This document shows positions 33,936 to 43,792 of a stretch of 47,314 nt of DNA, one piece after another. Where the stretch lies: the NCBI GenBank assembly GCA_026391845.1, contig JAPLDG010000214.1, positions 16,019 through 63,332 of the forward strand, written 5' to 3'. Within the stretch, counting starts at the first letter, position 1, and each line of letters opens with the position of its first letter. The stretch is from Bacteroidota bacterium. Its GTDB lineage: Bacteria > Bacteroidota > Bacteroidia > Bacteroidales > FEN-979. Under the pieces are notes generated by a model. That model worked only from the letters and a program-made list of their open reading frames with translations. It made no database searches and had not been told where the DNA came from. The position numbers were made by a program, and so were the translations under genes.

Positions 33936-35339
33936 TTACTTTTTGGTGGAAAAATCCAGATAATAGGTTTCTTTCATAAAAAAGCCATTTTCATCCATGA
34001 TGAACTGAGCAGGAAAAATCATTGAATACGTGTGGTTCGGTTCCAATTTCCATGAAACAACCAACTCGTTCTTTTTATCGGTATTCCATCTTACCGAAGT
34101 AATATCGGGCCAGCATTTGTCTCCGCATTTACCCTTGCTCATTCCATAAGGTCTGGTCATCATCGGCTTGTTAAAAGTCAGGATCAATTCTCTGGTTGCG
34201 GGATCGACATCTTTACTGTTGTTTGAAATCGAAAAGGCGACCAGTTTTGGCCGGTTTTCTTCTGTCACTTTTAACTCCTCTGGAGGAGATAGTGAATTCT
34301 GCAACTTAACGATTTCAGGCATGTATTTATCCAGTGTCGGATACGCTTCACGGGAGGCTTCATACTTTGCCATTGAGTTTATAAGTTTTGAAATCCAGAT
34401 GAACCCCCTTACCTGTTCAGCCCCGATCATTCGTTTTATTTTCATTTCAGTGGTTGTATGGTCCTGAAAATACCTGATAACCGAAGCACGCACCAGTATT
34501 TCATTCACCATTATCTGGGAATTGGAATATGCCTGCCTTCGCATATTATCTTCGACAAGGTTAAAAAACGCATCGGCAACGGTTTTCATTTCCGGATAAT
34601 ACTTTTCGCCAAGCCTGTTGCAGAATGAATGACCGAATTCATGAATAATGGTTTCAGTAATATCCTTGGAATATACAGGATTTCCAATGCTATCTGTTTC
34701 CCAAGACCCGATAATAGAATACATTTCTTCGGTGCCATCCAGGTACCTGACCTTTACACCATAATTGCCACCGCCATTTGTAAGGCTTATGATCAGATTG
34801 TAGCTACCTTCAGGCTTTTCACCAAAAAAAATTTTAAACCAGGCAAGGTCGGTTGCTTTAACGATTTCAGAAAACCGGTCTTCAGCAATTGAATAAAGTG
34901 GTTTATGATCGGAAAAGAACCCGGAAAAATCAGTTCTCTGATAAAAGTTGTTTAAAAGCAAGATGAATTGTTCGGTATATTTTCCCCAACGGCAGTCAAG
35001 ACTGCCTTTCTCTACATTATTTTTCAACCTGATGGTTCCGTTGGCAAGTTCAACATGTATTGCCATCGACATCACTGCATCAAATGAAACACCGGTCTTT
35101 TTTCTGATTTTTTTTACAAATTTCAGCAGTTCATCATCTTTGTAAGGGTTGAAATATTTGTCAATCGCATCAGTATAACCCTTCATCTCGTTATTGATAT
35201 ATTCCTGCTCCCCTGCCAGCCTGAATACAATACTCAACAGTTCGGTTTTTTCGTCAACTGCCGGGTTAAGAATTAATGATTGCGAAAAAGTTGCTGAAGT
35301 TGTCAAACTGATAAACAATATTCCAAGAAACATTTTCAT
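33936..35339 (-). CDS. Exported DUF4932-like protein with HEXXH motif and C-terminal Ig-like domain
   Basis: Signal peptide; ELLSIVFRLAG..EY, GGGNYG, IHEFGHSF.N and NE.LVRA; C-terminal V.P....L.LTF.KPM...L.P...Y. Confidence 0.75.
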   Translation of the reverse strand: MKMFLGILFISLTTSATFSQSLILNPAVDEKTELLSIVFRLAGEQEYINNEMKGYTDAIDKYFNPYKDDELLKFVKKIRKKTGVSFDAVMSMAIHVELANGTIRLKNNVEKGSLDCRWGKYTEQFILLLNNFYQRTDFSGFFSDHKPLYSIAEDRFSEIVKATDLAWFKIFFGEKPEGSYNLIISLTNGGGNYGVKVRYLDGTEEMYSIIGSWETDSIGNPVYSKDITETIIHEFGHSFCNRLGEKYYPEMKTVADAFFNLVEDNMRRQAYSNSQIMVNEILVRASVIRYFQDHTTTEMKIKRMIGAEQVRGFIWISKLINSMAKYEASREAYPTLDKYMPEIVKLQNSLSPPEELKVTEENRPKLVAFSISNNSKDVDPATRELILTFNKPMMTRPYGMSKGKCGDKCWPDITSVRWNTDKKNELVVSWKLEPNHTYSMIFPAQFIMDENGFFMKETYYLDFSTKK

Positions 35340-35394
35340 CACTCAATTGTTTTTAAGAATGGAACAAGAAAAAAACAATCATTCAGGTGTGGAA

Positions 35395-36108
35395 TCATGC
35401 AACACCGATATCTAGTTTCCTGATCACCATCAGCCCGTCCCTGACAGGTAAAATAAGATTTTCAACCCGGTCGTCATGGGTTACAAACTCATTGAATTCA
35501 ATGATTCCGCAGGTATCCTTATCCATTTTTACCGGATCACCTGTCACCTTTCCCCTCCACAGAACATTATCGGCAATGACAAACCCGCCGGGGCGTACTT
35601 TTGGCAATATCGTGTTGTAATAATTCAGGTAGTTCGGCTTATCGGCATCGATAAAAACAAGATCCCAAATTTCATCAAGGGTCGGAATAATTTCAAGAGC
35701 CTCCCCAATGTGCAGGATAATCCTCTCGTCCAACCCGGCTGCCCGGATGAAATGGCGAATACCTTCCTCCAGTTCAGGATTCACTTCGATCGTATGCAGC
35801 AAAGCATCACCCCTTTCCCCCGGGATAGGGGTTGGGCGTGAGACAATCCCGTGGGGAGAAGCCGGGGATACAGTCATCCCCAGCCCCATGGCAATGGCTG
35901 AATACCCCGTAAATGTTCCTATTTCAAGCCCCCGTTTTGGTCTGATCATTTGAACGAACATACGGAGCAGGGCTCCCTGCAAGTGCCCCGACAACATTTG
36001 AGGATATACCTGGGAAAGATGGGTTTCACGGTTCAGTATTTCCAGAACCGGCGGTTCAGGGGTCGTGTGTGCTTCAGCATATTCAGAGAGCAAATCTGTT
36101 ATCGTCAT
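35395..36108 (-). CDS. SAM-dependent O-methyltransferase (CCoAOMT/YrrM-like)
   Basis: MLSG..QG, LEIGTFTGYSA, DLVFIDADK, ADNVLW.G and LPVRDGL motifs. Start at 36108 or 36129. Carries an insertion of about 20 aa. Confidence 0.92.
   Translation of the reverse strand: MTITDLLSEYAEAHTTPEPPVLEILNRETHLSQVYPQMLSGHLQGALLRMFVQMIRPKRGLEIGTFTGYSAIAMGLGMTVSPASPHGIVSRPTPIPGERGDALLHTIEVNPELEEGIRHFIRAAGLDERIILHIGEALEIIPTLDEIWDLVFIDADKPNYLNYYNTILPKVRPGGFVIADNVLWRGKVTGDPVKMDKDTCGIIEFNEFVTHDDRVENLILPVRDGLMVIRKLDIGVA
35809..35832. repeat. GC-rich REP-like palindrome inside the O-methyltransferase CDS
   Basis: ACCCCTTTCCC-cc-GGGATAGGGGT: 11-bp arms with 1 mismatch. Confidence 0.65.
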
Positions 36109-36211
36109 GTGGATAAAATATGGGTGCAAAATACAAAGATCCGGCAGATAATATCAAATATTAATAGCGCCTCCGCTATTTGCTTAGTTTTGTAAAAAAT
36201 AAATTCAAAAA

Positions 36212-36679
36212 ATGCGCCAACTCGAATTCAGCCAGTTTTTACCCGTTACAATGGATGAGGCATGGAGATTTTTCAGCGACCCTGCCAACCTGAGCAGGAT
36301 TACACCCAAAGAGATGAACTTTGTCATCACCTCATGCGTTCCTGAAAAAATTTATCCCGGCTTGATCATTACCTATAAAGTCTCACCATTGCTCAATATT
36401 CCTGTATCGTGGGTCACGGAAATCACTCAGGTAAAAGAACCATTTTACTTTGTTGATGATCAGCGCTCCGGGCCTTATTCCATCTGGCATCACGAACATC
36501 ATTTTGAACGTGTCGAAAATGGAGTGATGATGACGGATAAACTTTTTTACAAAGTTCCTTTGGGTCCATTCGGGAATTTACTCGACCGGATGTTCATTCA
36601 TCGGAAGGTCTCCGGAATTTTTGCTTTCCGGAATAAATTCTTAGAGATAAACAGTGATACATTCATGAACTTCTCTTAG
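36212..36679 (+). CDS. SRPBCC-family protein
   Basis: W.FFS.P.NL..ITP, WVTEIT and FVDDQR.GPY..WHHEHHF motifs; TAGTTTTG -7 element at 36185-36192. Confidence 0.9.
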   Translation: MRQLEFSQFLPVTMDEAWRFFSDPANLSRITPKEMNFVITSCVPEKIYPGLIITYKVSPLLNIPVSWVTEITQVKEPFYFVDDQRSGPYSIWHHEHHFERVENGVMMTDKLFYKVPLGPFGNLLDRMFIHRKVSGIFAFRNKFLEINSDTFMNFS

Positions 36680-36685
36680 AGCTTG

Positions 36686-37906
36686 CTATTTGAAAGTCAG
36701 CAAACTCAGTTTTTCAGGATCAAAAATTTCATTGGCAATTTCGATTAGTTCTTCAGAAGTCGTAGCTTGTATACGTTCAATGATCTTTCCCATTGGATCA
36801 AATCTGTTTTGGAGCAGATAACTCTTCCCGATAGCAAGCATGGTGGCCAGGTTCGATTCCTGCGCAATGGCCAATTGCCCGACAATTTGTTTCTTGATGA
36901 CATGCAGCTGAACTTTGCTTAACCTCTCCTCCCGAAGGTGTTTCAGCTCCTGATGAACAATTGTCAGAGCCTTTTCGTATTGAGCGGGGTCGGTTCCAAA
37001 ATAAATATGTATGATTCCTGCATCAGAATAGGCACTATAGTTCGATTCATTGTTGTAGGTCAGCCCGTTGCGTTCCCGCAAAGCCAGAGATAAACGCGAA
37101 TTCATCACAGGCCCACCGAGCATGTTGTTGAGCAGAGCCAGCGGAATACGCTGCCGATGGCTGTATTCGTAAGCAGGCACCCCTAAAATGCAGTGCACCT
37201 GAGATGTTCTTTTCTTAATACTCTTATCGAACGGGTTGTAATTTCTGAAGGGAATCCGGGGATGACTCTCACCGCGGCAGGGATGATCACTAAAATATTT
37301 TGTGACCAGCCTGACCAGTTTCTTAAATTCAATTTTCCCTGCCGAGGCGATCACGACCTCATCAAATCGGTAATTCCGATGCATGAAATTCAAGATATCC
37401 TTCTGTTTCAGCTTTTTCAGGCTTTTGGCTGTACCCAGGATATTCTTCCCAAGCGGGTGCCCGGCAAATACCAGGTCTTCAAAGTCATCGAATATCTGTT
37501 CATCCGGAGTATCCTGGTACGACCGAATCTCGTCCATCACTACCTGCTTCTCCCGTTCCAGCTCTTTTTCAGGAAACGTGGAATGAAAAAAAACATCCTG
37601 GAACAATTCAAGGGTACGCTCGTAATGCTCGCTGAGAAACGAGGCATAGATGCATGTCTCCTCTTTTGTTGTGTAAGCGTTCAAATCAGCGCCAACATTT
37701 TCCAGCCGGTTCAACACCTGGAAAACATTTCGTTTTTCAGTTCCCTTGAAAATGGTGTGCTCGATAAAATGGGCAATCCCGTGTTCGGCGTCTGTTTCGT
37801 CCCGTGATCCGGCATGAATAAAAATTCCACAATGGGACACCTGATTTTGAACAGGATGATGAACCAGACGGATGCCGTTGGGCAGCGTACAAGTTTGAAG
37901 TTCCAT
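36686..37906 (-). CDS. M16-family (pitrilysin-like) zinc peptidase
   Basis: GSRDE...GIAHFIEH..FKGT (HXXEH), NAYTTKE and SRL...LRE..GL.Y. Confidence 0.93.
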   Translation of the reverse strand: MELQTCTLPNGIRLVHHPVQNQVSHCGIFIHAGSRDETDAEHGIAHFIEHTIFKGTEKRNVFQVLNRLENVGADLNAYTTKEETCIYASFLSEHYERTLELFQDVFFHSTFPEKELEREKQVVMDEIRSYQDTPDEQIFDDFEDLVFAGHPLGKNILGTAKSLKKLKQKDILNFMHRNYRFDEVVIASAGKIEFKKLVRLVTKYFSDHPCRGESHPRIPFRNYNPFDKSIKKRTSQVHCILGVPAYEYSHRQRIPLALLNNMLGGPVMNSRLSLALRERNGLTYNNESNYSAYSDAGIIHIYFGTDPAQYEKALTIVHQELKHLREERLSKVQLHVIKKQIVGQLAIAQESNLATMLAIGKSYLLQNRFDPMGKIIERIQATTSEELIEIANEIFDPEKLSLLTFK

Positions 37907-37909
37907 GAA

Positions 37910-40060
37910 TTATTTCCTGCCTTCGATCAGAATCTCCAGCAATTTGATCCCGGCTTCTGAAACGACTGTTCCTGGTCCGAAAATAGCAGCAGCACCCGAC
38001 TTGTAAAGGAAATCATAATCCTGGGGCGGGATAACACCTCCTACAATAACCATGATATCGTCCCGGCCGAGTTTTCTAAGTTCTTCTATCACTTGCGGAA
38101 CAAGCGTCTTATGGCCTGCTGCCAGGCTGGAAACACCTAAGATATGTACATCATTTTCAACTGCCTGTTTGGCAGATTCTGCCGGTGTTTGAAACAATGG
38201 CCCGATATCAACAGCAAACCCAATGTCGGCATATCCGGTCGCAACCACTTTTGCACCCCGGTCATGACCGTCCTGTCCCATTTTGGCAATCATGATGCGT
38301 GGACGGCGGCCTTCCATTTCAGCAAATTTATCAGCCAATTCGCGTGCCCTGGCAAAAACCTCATTATCCTTTGATTCCGAGGAATAAACTCCTGAAATGC
38401 TTCGTATCACTGCTTTGTACCTCCCATATATTTTTTCTAACGCAAATGAAATTTCACCAAGTGATGCCCGCTTGCGCGCTGCATCAATCGCCAAAGCCAG
38501 CAGGTTTCCTTCACCGGAAGCTGCCGATCTGGTCAATGCCTCTAACGCTTCGTCCACCTCTTCGTTGTTGCGGTTTGCCCGTAACATTTGTAGTCTCAGC
38601 ACCTGTGACTCCCGAACAGCCGCGTTATCAACATTCAGAATTTCGATCGGATCTTCTTTTTCCAGTCTGTTGAGGTTTACACCAACGATCTTATCCTTGC
38701 CTGTATCGATCCTTGCCTGCTTCCGCGCCGATGCTTCTTCGATACGCATCTTGGGAATTCCGGTTTCAATTGCCTTTGCCATGCCTCCCAACAGCTCAAC
38801 CTCTTCGATCAGTGCCCATGCTTTATGCGCAATTTCGTGTGTCAGCATCTCCACATAGTATGATCCGGCCCAAGGATCGAGCGAACGGCAGATCTGTGTC
38901 TCCTCTTGCAGGTATATCTGTGTATTACGTGCAATGCGTGCTGAAAAATCAGTCGGCAGGGCGATGGCCTCATCAAGCGCATTGGTATGCAATGATTGCG
39001 TATGGCCAAGGGCGGCGGCCAAAGCCTCCACACAGGTACGCGAAACATTGTTGAATGGATCCTGTTCCGTCAGACTCCATCCTGAAGTTTGTGTATGGGT
39101 GCGCAAAGCCATCGACTTTGGGTTCTTCGGGTTAAACTGTTTAACAATTTTGGCCCAGAGAATCCTTGCGGCACGCATCTTGGCTATTTCCATGAAGTGG
39201 TTCATCCCGGCAGCCCAGAAGAATGACAGCCTCGGGGCGAAGGTGTCGATGTCCATCCCCGCATTGATCCCGGCACGAAGGTACTCCAGGCCATCGGCCA
39301 GTGTATAAGCCAGCTCAATATCTGCAGTTGCACCTGCCTCTTGCATGTGATAGCCACTGATGGAGATCGAATTGAACTTCGGCATATTTTTCGAAGTAAA
39401 TTCGAAAATATCGGCAATAATCTTCATCGACGGGCTGGGTGGATAAATGTACGTGTTCCGAACCATGAATTCCTTCAGAATATCATTCTGAATCGTTCCG
39501 ATAAGTTTGGCCATTTCAACGCCCTGCTCCTCTGCGGCAACAATGTAAAAGGCGAGGATTGGCAACACCGCTCCGTTCATGGTCATTGAAACTGACATGA
39601 TATCCAGCGGAATCTGATCGAAGAGAATCTTCATATCAAGAATGGAGTCGATGGCAACCCCGGCTTTTCCAACATCACCTACAACACGTTCATGATCTGA
39701 ATCATACCCCCGGTGTGTGGCAAGATCGAATGCGACAGATAAGCCCTTCTGTCCTGCTTTCAGGTTTCGCCGATAAAATGCGTTGGACTCTTCCGCCGTC
39801 GAAAACCCGGCATACTGGCGAATGGTCCACGGACTCATTACATACATGGTGGAATAAGGCCCCCTGAGGAATGGTGGCAATCCGGCCGCATAGTTCAGGT
39901 GTTCCATCTCCTGAAGATCACTATCGCCAAAGACCGGTTTTACCGGAATTTGTTCGGGGGTTTTCCAACTTTTTTCAATCCCCGCATTTTTCTCCCATTC
40001 AGCAAATGATTCAAGCGGTGGAACTCCCGTTAATTCAATATTTTTAAAATCTGGTCTCAT
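37910..40060 (-). CDS. mutB: Methylmalonyl-CoA mutase, large (catalytic, B12-binding) subunit
   Basis: [34 protein letters not shown] (DxHxxG) and SSLAAGH. Confidence 0.97.
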   Translation of the reverse strand: MRPDFKNIELTGVPPLESFAEWEKNAGIEKSWKTPEQIPVKPVFGDSDLQEMEHLNYAAGLPPFLRGPYSTMYVMSPWTIRQYAGFSTAEESNAFYRRNLKAGQKGLSVAFDLATHRGYDSDHERVVGDVGKAGVAIDSILDMKILFDQIPLDIMSVSMTMNGAVLPILAFYIVAAEEQGVEMAKLIGTIQNDILKEFMVRNTYIYPPSPSMKIIADIFEFTSKNMPKFNSISISGYHMQEAGATADIELAYTLADGLEYLRAGINAGMDIDTFAPRLSFFWAAGMNHFMEIAKMRAARILWAKIVKQFNPKNPKSMALRTHTQTSGWSLTEQDPFNNVSRTCVEALAAALGHTQSLHTNALDEAIALPTDFSARIARNTQIYLQEETQICRSLDPWAGSYYVEMLTHEIAHKAWALIEEVELLGGMAKAIETGIPKMRIEEASARKQARIDTGKDKIVGVNLNRLEKEDPIEILNVDNAAVRESQVLRLQMLRANRNNEEVDEALEALTRSAASGEGNLLALAIDAARKRASLGEISFALEKIYGRYKAVIRSISGVYSSESKDNEVFARARELADKFAEMEGRRPRIMIAKMGQDGHDRGAKVVATGYADIGFAVDIGPLFQTPAESAKQAVENDVHILGVSSLAAGHKTLVPQVIEELRKLGRDDIMVIVGGVIPPQDYDFLYKSGAAAIFGPGTVVSEAGIKLLEILIEGRK

Positions 40061-40086
40061 CGGTGTTTGTATAGTTGTTGTAGGTT

Positions 40087-40932
40087 TTAAAATGAAATTC
40101 CAAAAATAAAAAACATGCTCTGCGCCTGAGGATTTGTGATGATCGAAACCTGAACAGGCAGTGCATACTTTGGAGTGACCGGAATATCCTTCTTTGCAGT
40201 CAACCCGATGTTTGTCACCCCTGCTGAGGGTCCATACCAGGAACTCCCGAAAGGAATACCTCCGATGAACGGTTTTAATTCAACACTGATCCTCTTCAGC
40301 TGAATTTTATAAGCAAGTTCAAAATAAGTGGAGTAGTTATTATCCGTCCCGAGCCCATACACTCCGGTTGAATCCTGATTCTTATCGGCGCCGTAGAACA
40401 GCGTGCTGGCGATCACCTGCAGCGGAAAATTATCAGGCCCCTCAAAAGTAAGGCTTCCTTCAAGGGTGTGGCCTGTGGTGGAATTTTGGTAATTGAAATA
40501 ACGGTTGCCCTCATTTGGGTTCAGCCCATTCACCGTGAAAAAATCAAACAGCATCAATGTAAACCATTGGTATGTGTAAGAGATATATAAATCGGTTTCA
40601 GCATAGGAGCCGGCATTGATCACAGTGGAATCGTTCAGGCGGATGTCATGTGATGAAAAAGCATATGTACCCCAGGCTCCAATGTTCAGCCCTTTCCATG
40701 AAAATGAGAGATTGGGTTGAATTGCCGGGGAATTACCATAATCAATTCCCCTCCACACATAACGGCTCATGACATCAGCGCCAAGATTAACAGAAGCTTG
40801 ATTAAAGCTTTTTTCAGCCTCAATTTCGTCAAGAACCTTTTCATCCTGTGCTTTCAGCGACAGAGCCGAACAGATGATTACAATTATAAAAATAACAGGA
40901 AGGAACTTGCCGGAAACCGGGAATATTTTCAT
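40087..40932 (-). CDS. Outer-membrane beta-barrel, TorF/Gcw_chp-like putative porin; paralog of 11313-12140
   Basis: Signal peptide (LKA/Q); [21 protein letters not shown]; terminal strand FIFGISF. Confidence 0.75.
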   Translation of the reverse strand: MKIFPVSGKFLPVIFIIVIICSALSLKAQDEKVLDEIEAEKSFNQASVNLGADVMSRYVWRGIDYGNSPAIQPNLSFSWKGLNIGAWGTYAFSSHDIRLNDSTVINAGSYAETDLYISYTYQWFTLMLFDFFTVNGLNPNEGNRYFNYQNSTTGHTLEGSLTFEGPDNFPLQVIASTLFYGADKNQDSTGVYGLGTDNNYSTYFELAYKIQLKRISVELKPFIGGIPFGSSWYGPSAGVTNIGLTAKKDIPVTPKYALPVQVSIITNPQAQSMFFIFGISF

Positions 40933-40940
40933 TGAGCCAT

Positions 40941-42824
40941 TTATTTAATTCCCAACTTGTTTTGAAAATCACTCAGTGTCTCAAGTAGATTGCTCCGCAC
41001 ATGAATAAAATCATCAACTCCTGCTGATTTAAACTGCTCAATTAAAGCCTTTGGAAAACCGGCAACCACAATCCTGATTGCCCTTTCGGATTGTTTAAGT
41101 TTTCCGGCAATTTCAGGAACAATCTGAGGGTAATCCTCATCTGAACTGCAAATGACAACGATCTCCGCCCTGGAAGACAAAGCGCTCGCCATCCCCTCAT
41201 CTACTGTTGCAAAACCCTGGTTGTCGATAATTTCATACCCGGCACAACCAAAAAAGTTTGCTGCAAACCCGGCTCGTGCCCTGAGCATGGCCAGATTTCC
41301 CATGGTAAAAAGGAAAACAGCCGGGCGTTTATTACCTTGTTTCACAAATCGTTCGGTGGCCAGTCTGATCTCTTCAAAACCGGCAGAGATCCGGAAAGGT
41401 GTCAGTTTTTTATAGGTTGACGAAACAGGATGTTGAACTTCAGCAACCGGCTGAATCATGTCAGCCATGGTTTCCAGAGGATTCGGATATTGGTTGGTTC
41501 CAAGCATGATGAGTTTACGCTGTGCAATATCCATCACTTTCTGGTTCCGGCTGCGCTCAATCTCATCCTGGATATAGCCTGTTTTAATGCAAGCGATCAT
41601 GCCTCCCCGTGTCTCAATATCTTTAAACATCTCCCAGGCATGGTGTGCCATTGAATGTGTAAGATTTTCAATGTAATAGGAGCCGGCTCCGGGGTCAACA
41701 ATTTTATCGAGATAGGATTCCTCCTTCAGCACCAGCTGCTGGTTTCGCGCAATCCTTCGGGAAATTTCATCTGATTCCCTGAACGATATATCAAATGGGT
41801 TGATCGTAACCGAGTCGGCATTGCCCAATGCAGCAGACATCCCTTCTGTTGTAGTTCGCAGCATGTTTACATACGGATCATAGATCGACTTATTCCATAA
41901 TGCAGTAGTTGCATGGATAAACAACCTGAAAGATTCTTCACGCTTTGCCTGAAATTGTTCAACCATCCGGGTCCATAACACCCTCACAGCCCGAAGCTTG
42001 GCAATTTCCATAAAATAATTCGGCCCGATGCCCAGGGAAAACTGAATGTAAGGTGCCACTTCATCAACCGATGCACCCCGGGCTGTTAAGCTGGCAAGGT
42101 ATTCACAGGCAGATGCAAGGCTGAATGCGATCTCCTGTACAAGCGAAGACCCTGCATTCTGAAAATAATGGCCATTGATGGTGATGACTTTAAATTCCGG
42201 AAGTTTTTCCCGAACGATGCTTAAAAGATATTCCGCCTCTTCCAGATCATGATCCCACCCGATATAAAAATCGCCATGAAGCAAAAGGTAGCTGATCGGA
42301 TCGAAATTTAAAGACCCTTTCATCTTCTCACCCCTGCCCCCTCGGTGTTTCAGCTCGTAAATTAAAAATTCAAGCGTAAGCGGATAGGATTTTGCCGAGA
42401 TAAAATCAATGGCTGTTTTATGAAAACTGATCCCGTCCAAAAGTTCACTTAACTGCTTGTGGGTAGTCAGCTCAGTAGCTTTCAACCCAACAGCGCCAGC
42501 GCCTTTTAAAATAGCGTCTCGCGCAACCATATTGGCCTCATGGACATCGGTTGTATCAATATTCTGCCTGATAAGCCACTCATTGTTCAATGTCCTGAGC
42601 CCTCGGACATATGGCTTTTTTCCGGGAAGTGCATTCAGATACTCCAGCCCCGCCAGGTCCTCCGAGCGATAATACGGTTTTACGCTAAAACCTTCATCGG
42701 TTTTCCATACCAGCTTTTTATCGTAATCCCCACCCTTGAGATCCGCCATGATCTTTTCTTCCCAGGTACCCGTAGTTACTGGTGGAAATTCTGAAAACAA
42801 TTTTGTCTGCTCGTTGCTATCCAT
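40941..42824 (-). CDS. mutA: Methylmalonyl-CoA mutase, small (non-catalytic) subunit
   Basis: LFSEFPP, DPYVNMLRTTTE, RIARNQQ..LKEES, DP.AGSYYIE, ARAGFA.NFF and ICSSD..Y; lacks DxHxxG. Confidence 0.95.
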   Translation of the reverse strand: MDSNEQTKLFSEFPPVTTGTWEEKIMADLKGGDYDKKLVWKTDEGFSVKPYYRSEDLAGLEYLNALPGKKPYVRGLRTLNNEWLIRQNIDTTDVHEANMVARDAILKGAGAVGLKATELTTHKQLSELLDGISFHKTAIDFISAKSYPLTLEFLIYELKHRGGRGEKMKGSLNFDPISYLLLHGDFYIGWDHDLEEAEYLLSIVREKLPEFKVITINGHYFQNAGSSLVQEIAFSLASACEYLASLTARGASVDEVAPYIQFSLGIGPNYFMEIAKLRAVRVLWTRMVEQFQAKREESFRLFIHATTALWNKSIYDPYVNMLRTTTEGMSAALGNADSVTINPFDISFRESDEISRRIARNQQLVLKEESYLDKIVDPGAGSYYIENLTHSMAHHAWEMFKDIETRGGMIACIKTGYIQDEIERSRNQKVMDIAQRKLIMLGTNQYPNPLETMADMIQPVAEVQHPVSSTYKKLTPFRISAGFEEIRLATERFVKQGNKRPAVFLFTMGNLAMLRARAGFAANFFGCAGYEIIDNQGFATVDEGMASALSSRAEIVVICSSDEDYPQIVPEIAGKLKQSERAIRIVVAGFPKALIEQFKSAGVDDFIHVRSNLLETLSDFQNKLGIK

Positions 42825-42895
42825 GACAAGTTAGTTGATATCGTGTTTTGTGTTTTAGTGGAAATAAGATCTCCTTGTAGCCCATAAAAGTACCA

Positions 42896-42921
42896 CAAAA
42901 GTAAAGAATTCCATAACTTTA
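42896..42921. promoter_or_regulatory. Back-to-back -7 elements for the mut operon and the TIGR01777 gene
   Basis: TACTTTTG on - (42896-42903) and TAACTTTA on + (42914-42921). Confidence 0.55.
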
Positions 42922-42934
42922 CACAAAAAATCGT

Positions 42935-43792
42935 ATGATCGTTGCGCTATCCGGATCAACCGGATTTGTAGGTGAGTCTCTGCACACGAAAATGACACAA
43001 TTGGGATGGACCGTAAAAGCTATCAAACGCGACGCTTTTTCCCTGTCTGACCAGGAATTTCATGCCCGGTTTACAGAAGACGCTGATGTTGTAATCAACC
43101 TTGCCGGAGCTCCGGTTTCGAAGAAATGGACCTCTTCGTATAAGCAGGAAATCAACGACAGCCGTATAAACACTACACGAAAGATAAGCCATGCCATAAA
43201 CTGCGCTGAAAAAAAACCATTGGTTTTCATATCAGCCTCTGCTATTGGCATTTATGACTCAATGTCAACACATACAGAATCAAGCCAATCGTTTGCTGAT
43301 TCATTTTTGGCAAGGGTTTGCCAAAGTTGGGAACATGAAGCCATGAAATCGGAACATGATACCCGGGTAGTTATCTTTCGGTTGGGAGTCGTACTGGGAG
43401 AAGCCGGAGGAGCGCTGAAAAAAATGCACCTTCCGTTCAGCCTTGGAATGGGCGGAAAAATAGGAACGGGAGAACAGGCTGTTTCGTTTATCCACATTTC
43501 TGATCTTGTGAACGCAATCATATTCACCATCGAAAATCCATCTATCAGTGGAGTTGTGAACGCCGTATCACCTTATCCGGGCAACAATGCCGAACTTACT
43601 GATAAATTAGGGAAAGTGCTGGACAAGCCTGCATGGCTGACCGTTCCCACATTTGTTTTGAGAATGATGTATGGCGAAGGAGCACAAGTTTTACTTGAAG
43701 GCCAGCGGGTACTCCCGCAAAAACTGTTGCAGGCCGGGTTCCGGTTCAAATATCCGACGATCCAGAACGCACTGGTTCAGATTTACGGTTGA
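42935..43792 (+). CDS. TIGR01777 / YfcH-family NAD(P)-dependent epimerase-like protein
   Basis: GSTGFVG, VINLAGA, SASAIG.Y, R.GVVL...GGAL, IH..D and V.P.KL...GF.F.YP. Confidence 0.92.
   Translation: MIVALSGSTGFVGESLHTKMTQLGWTVKAIKRDAFSLSDQEFHARFTEDADVVINLAGAPVSKKWTSSYKQEINDSRINTTRKISHAINCAEKKPLVFISASAIGIYDSMSTHTESSQSFADSFLARVCQSWEHEAMKSEHDTRVVIFRLGVVLGEAGGALKKMHLPFSLGMGGKIGTGEQAVSFIHISDLVNAIIFTIENPSISGVVNAVSPYPGNNAELTDKLGKVLDKPAWLTVPTFVLRMMYGEGAQVLLEGQRVLPQKLLQAGFRFKYPTIQNALVQIYG

Noticed and set aside
42825-42934. Cobalamin riboswitch upstream of the mut operon
   Set aside because: Only about 110 nt, AT-rich, occupied by divergent promoter elements; no B12-box seen.
8714-43496. Three perfect DnaA boxes (8714, 36108, 43488) as a possible oriC
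   Set aside because: Widely scattered, one inside a CDS; no cluster and no dnaA-type context.
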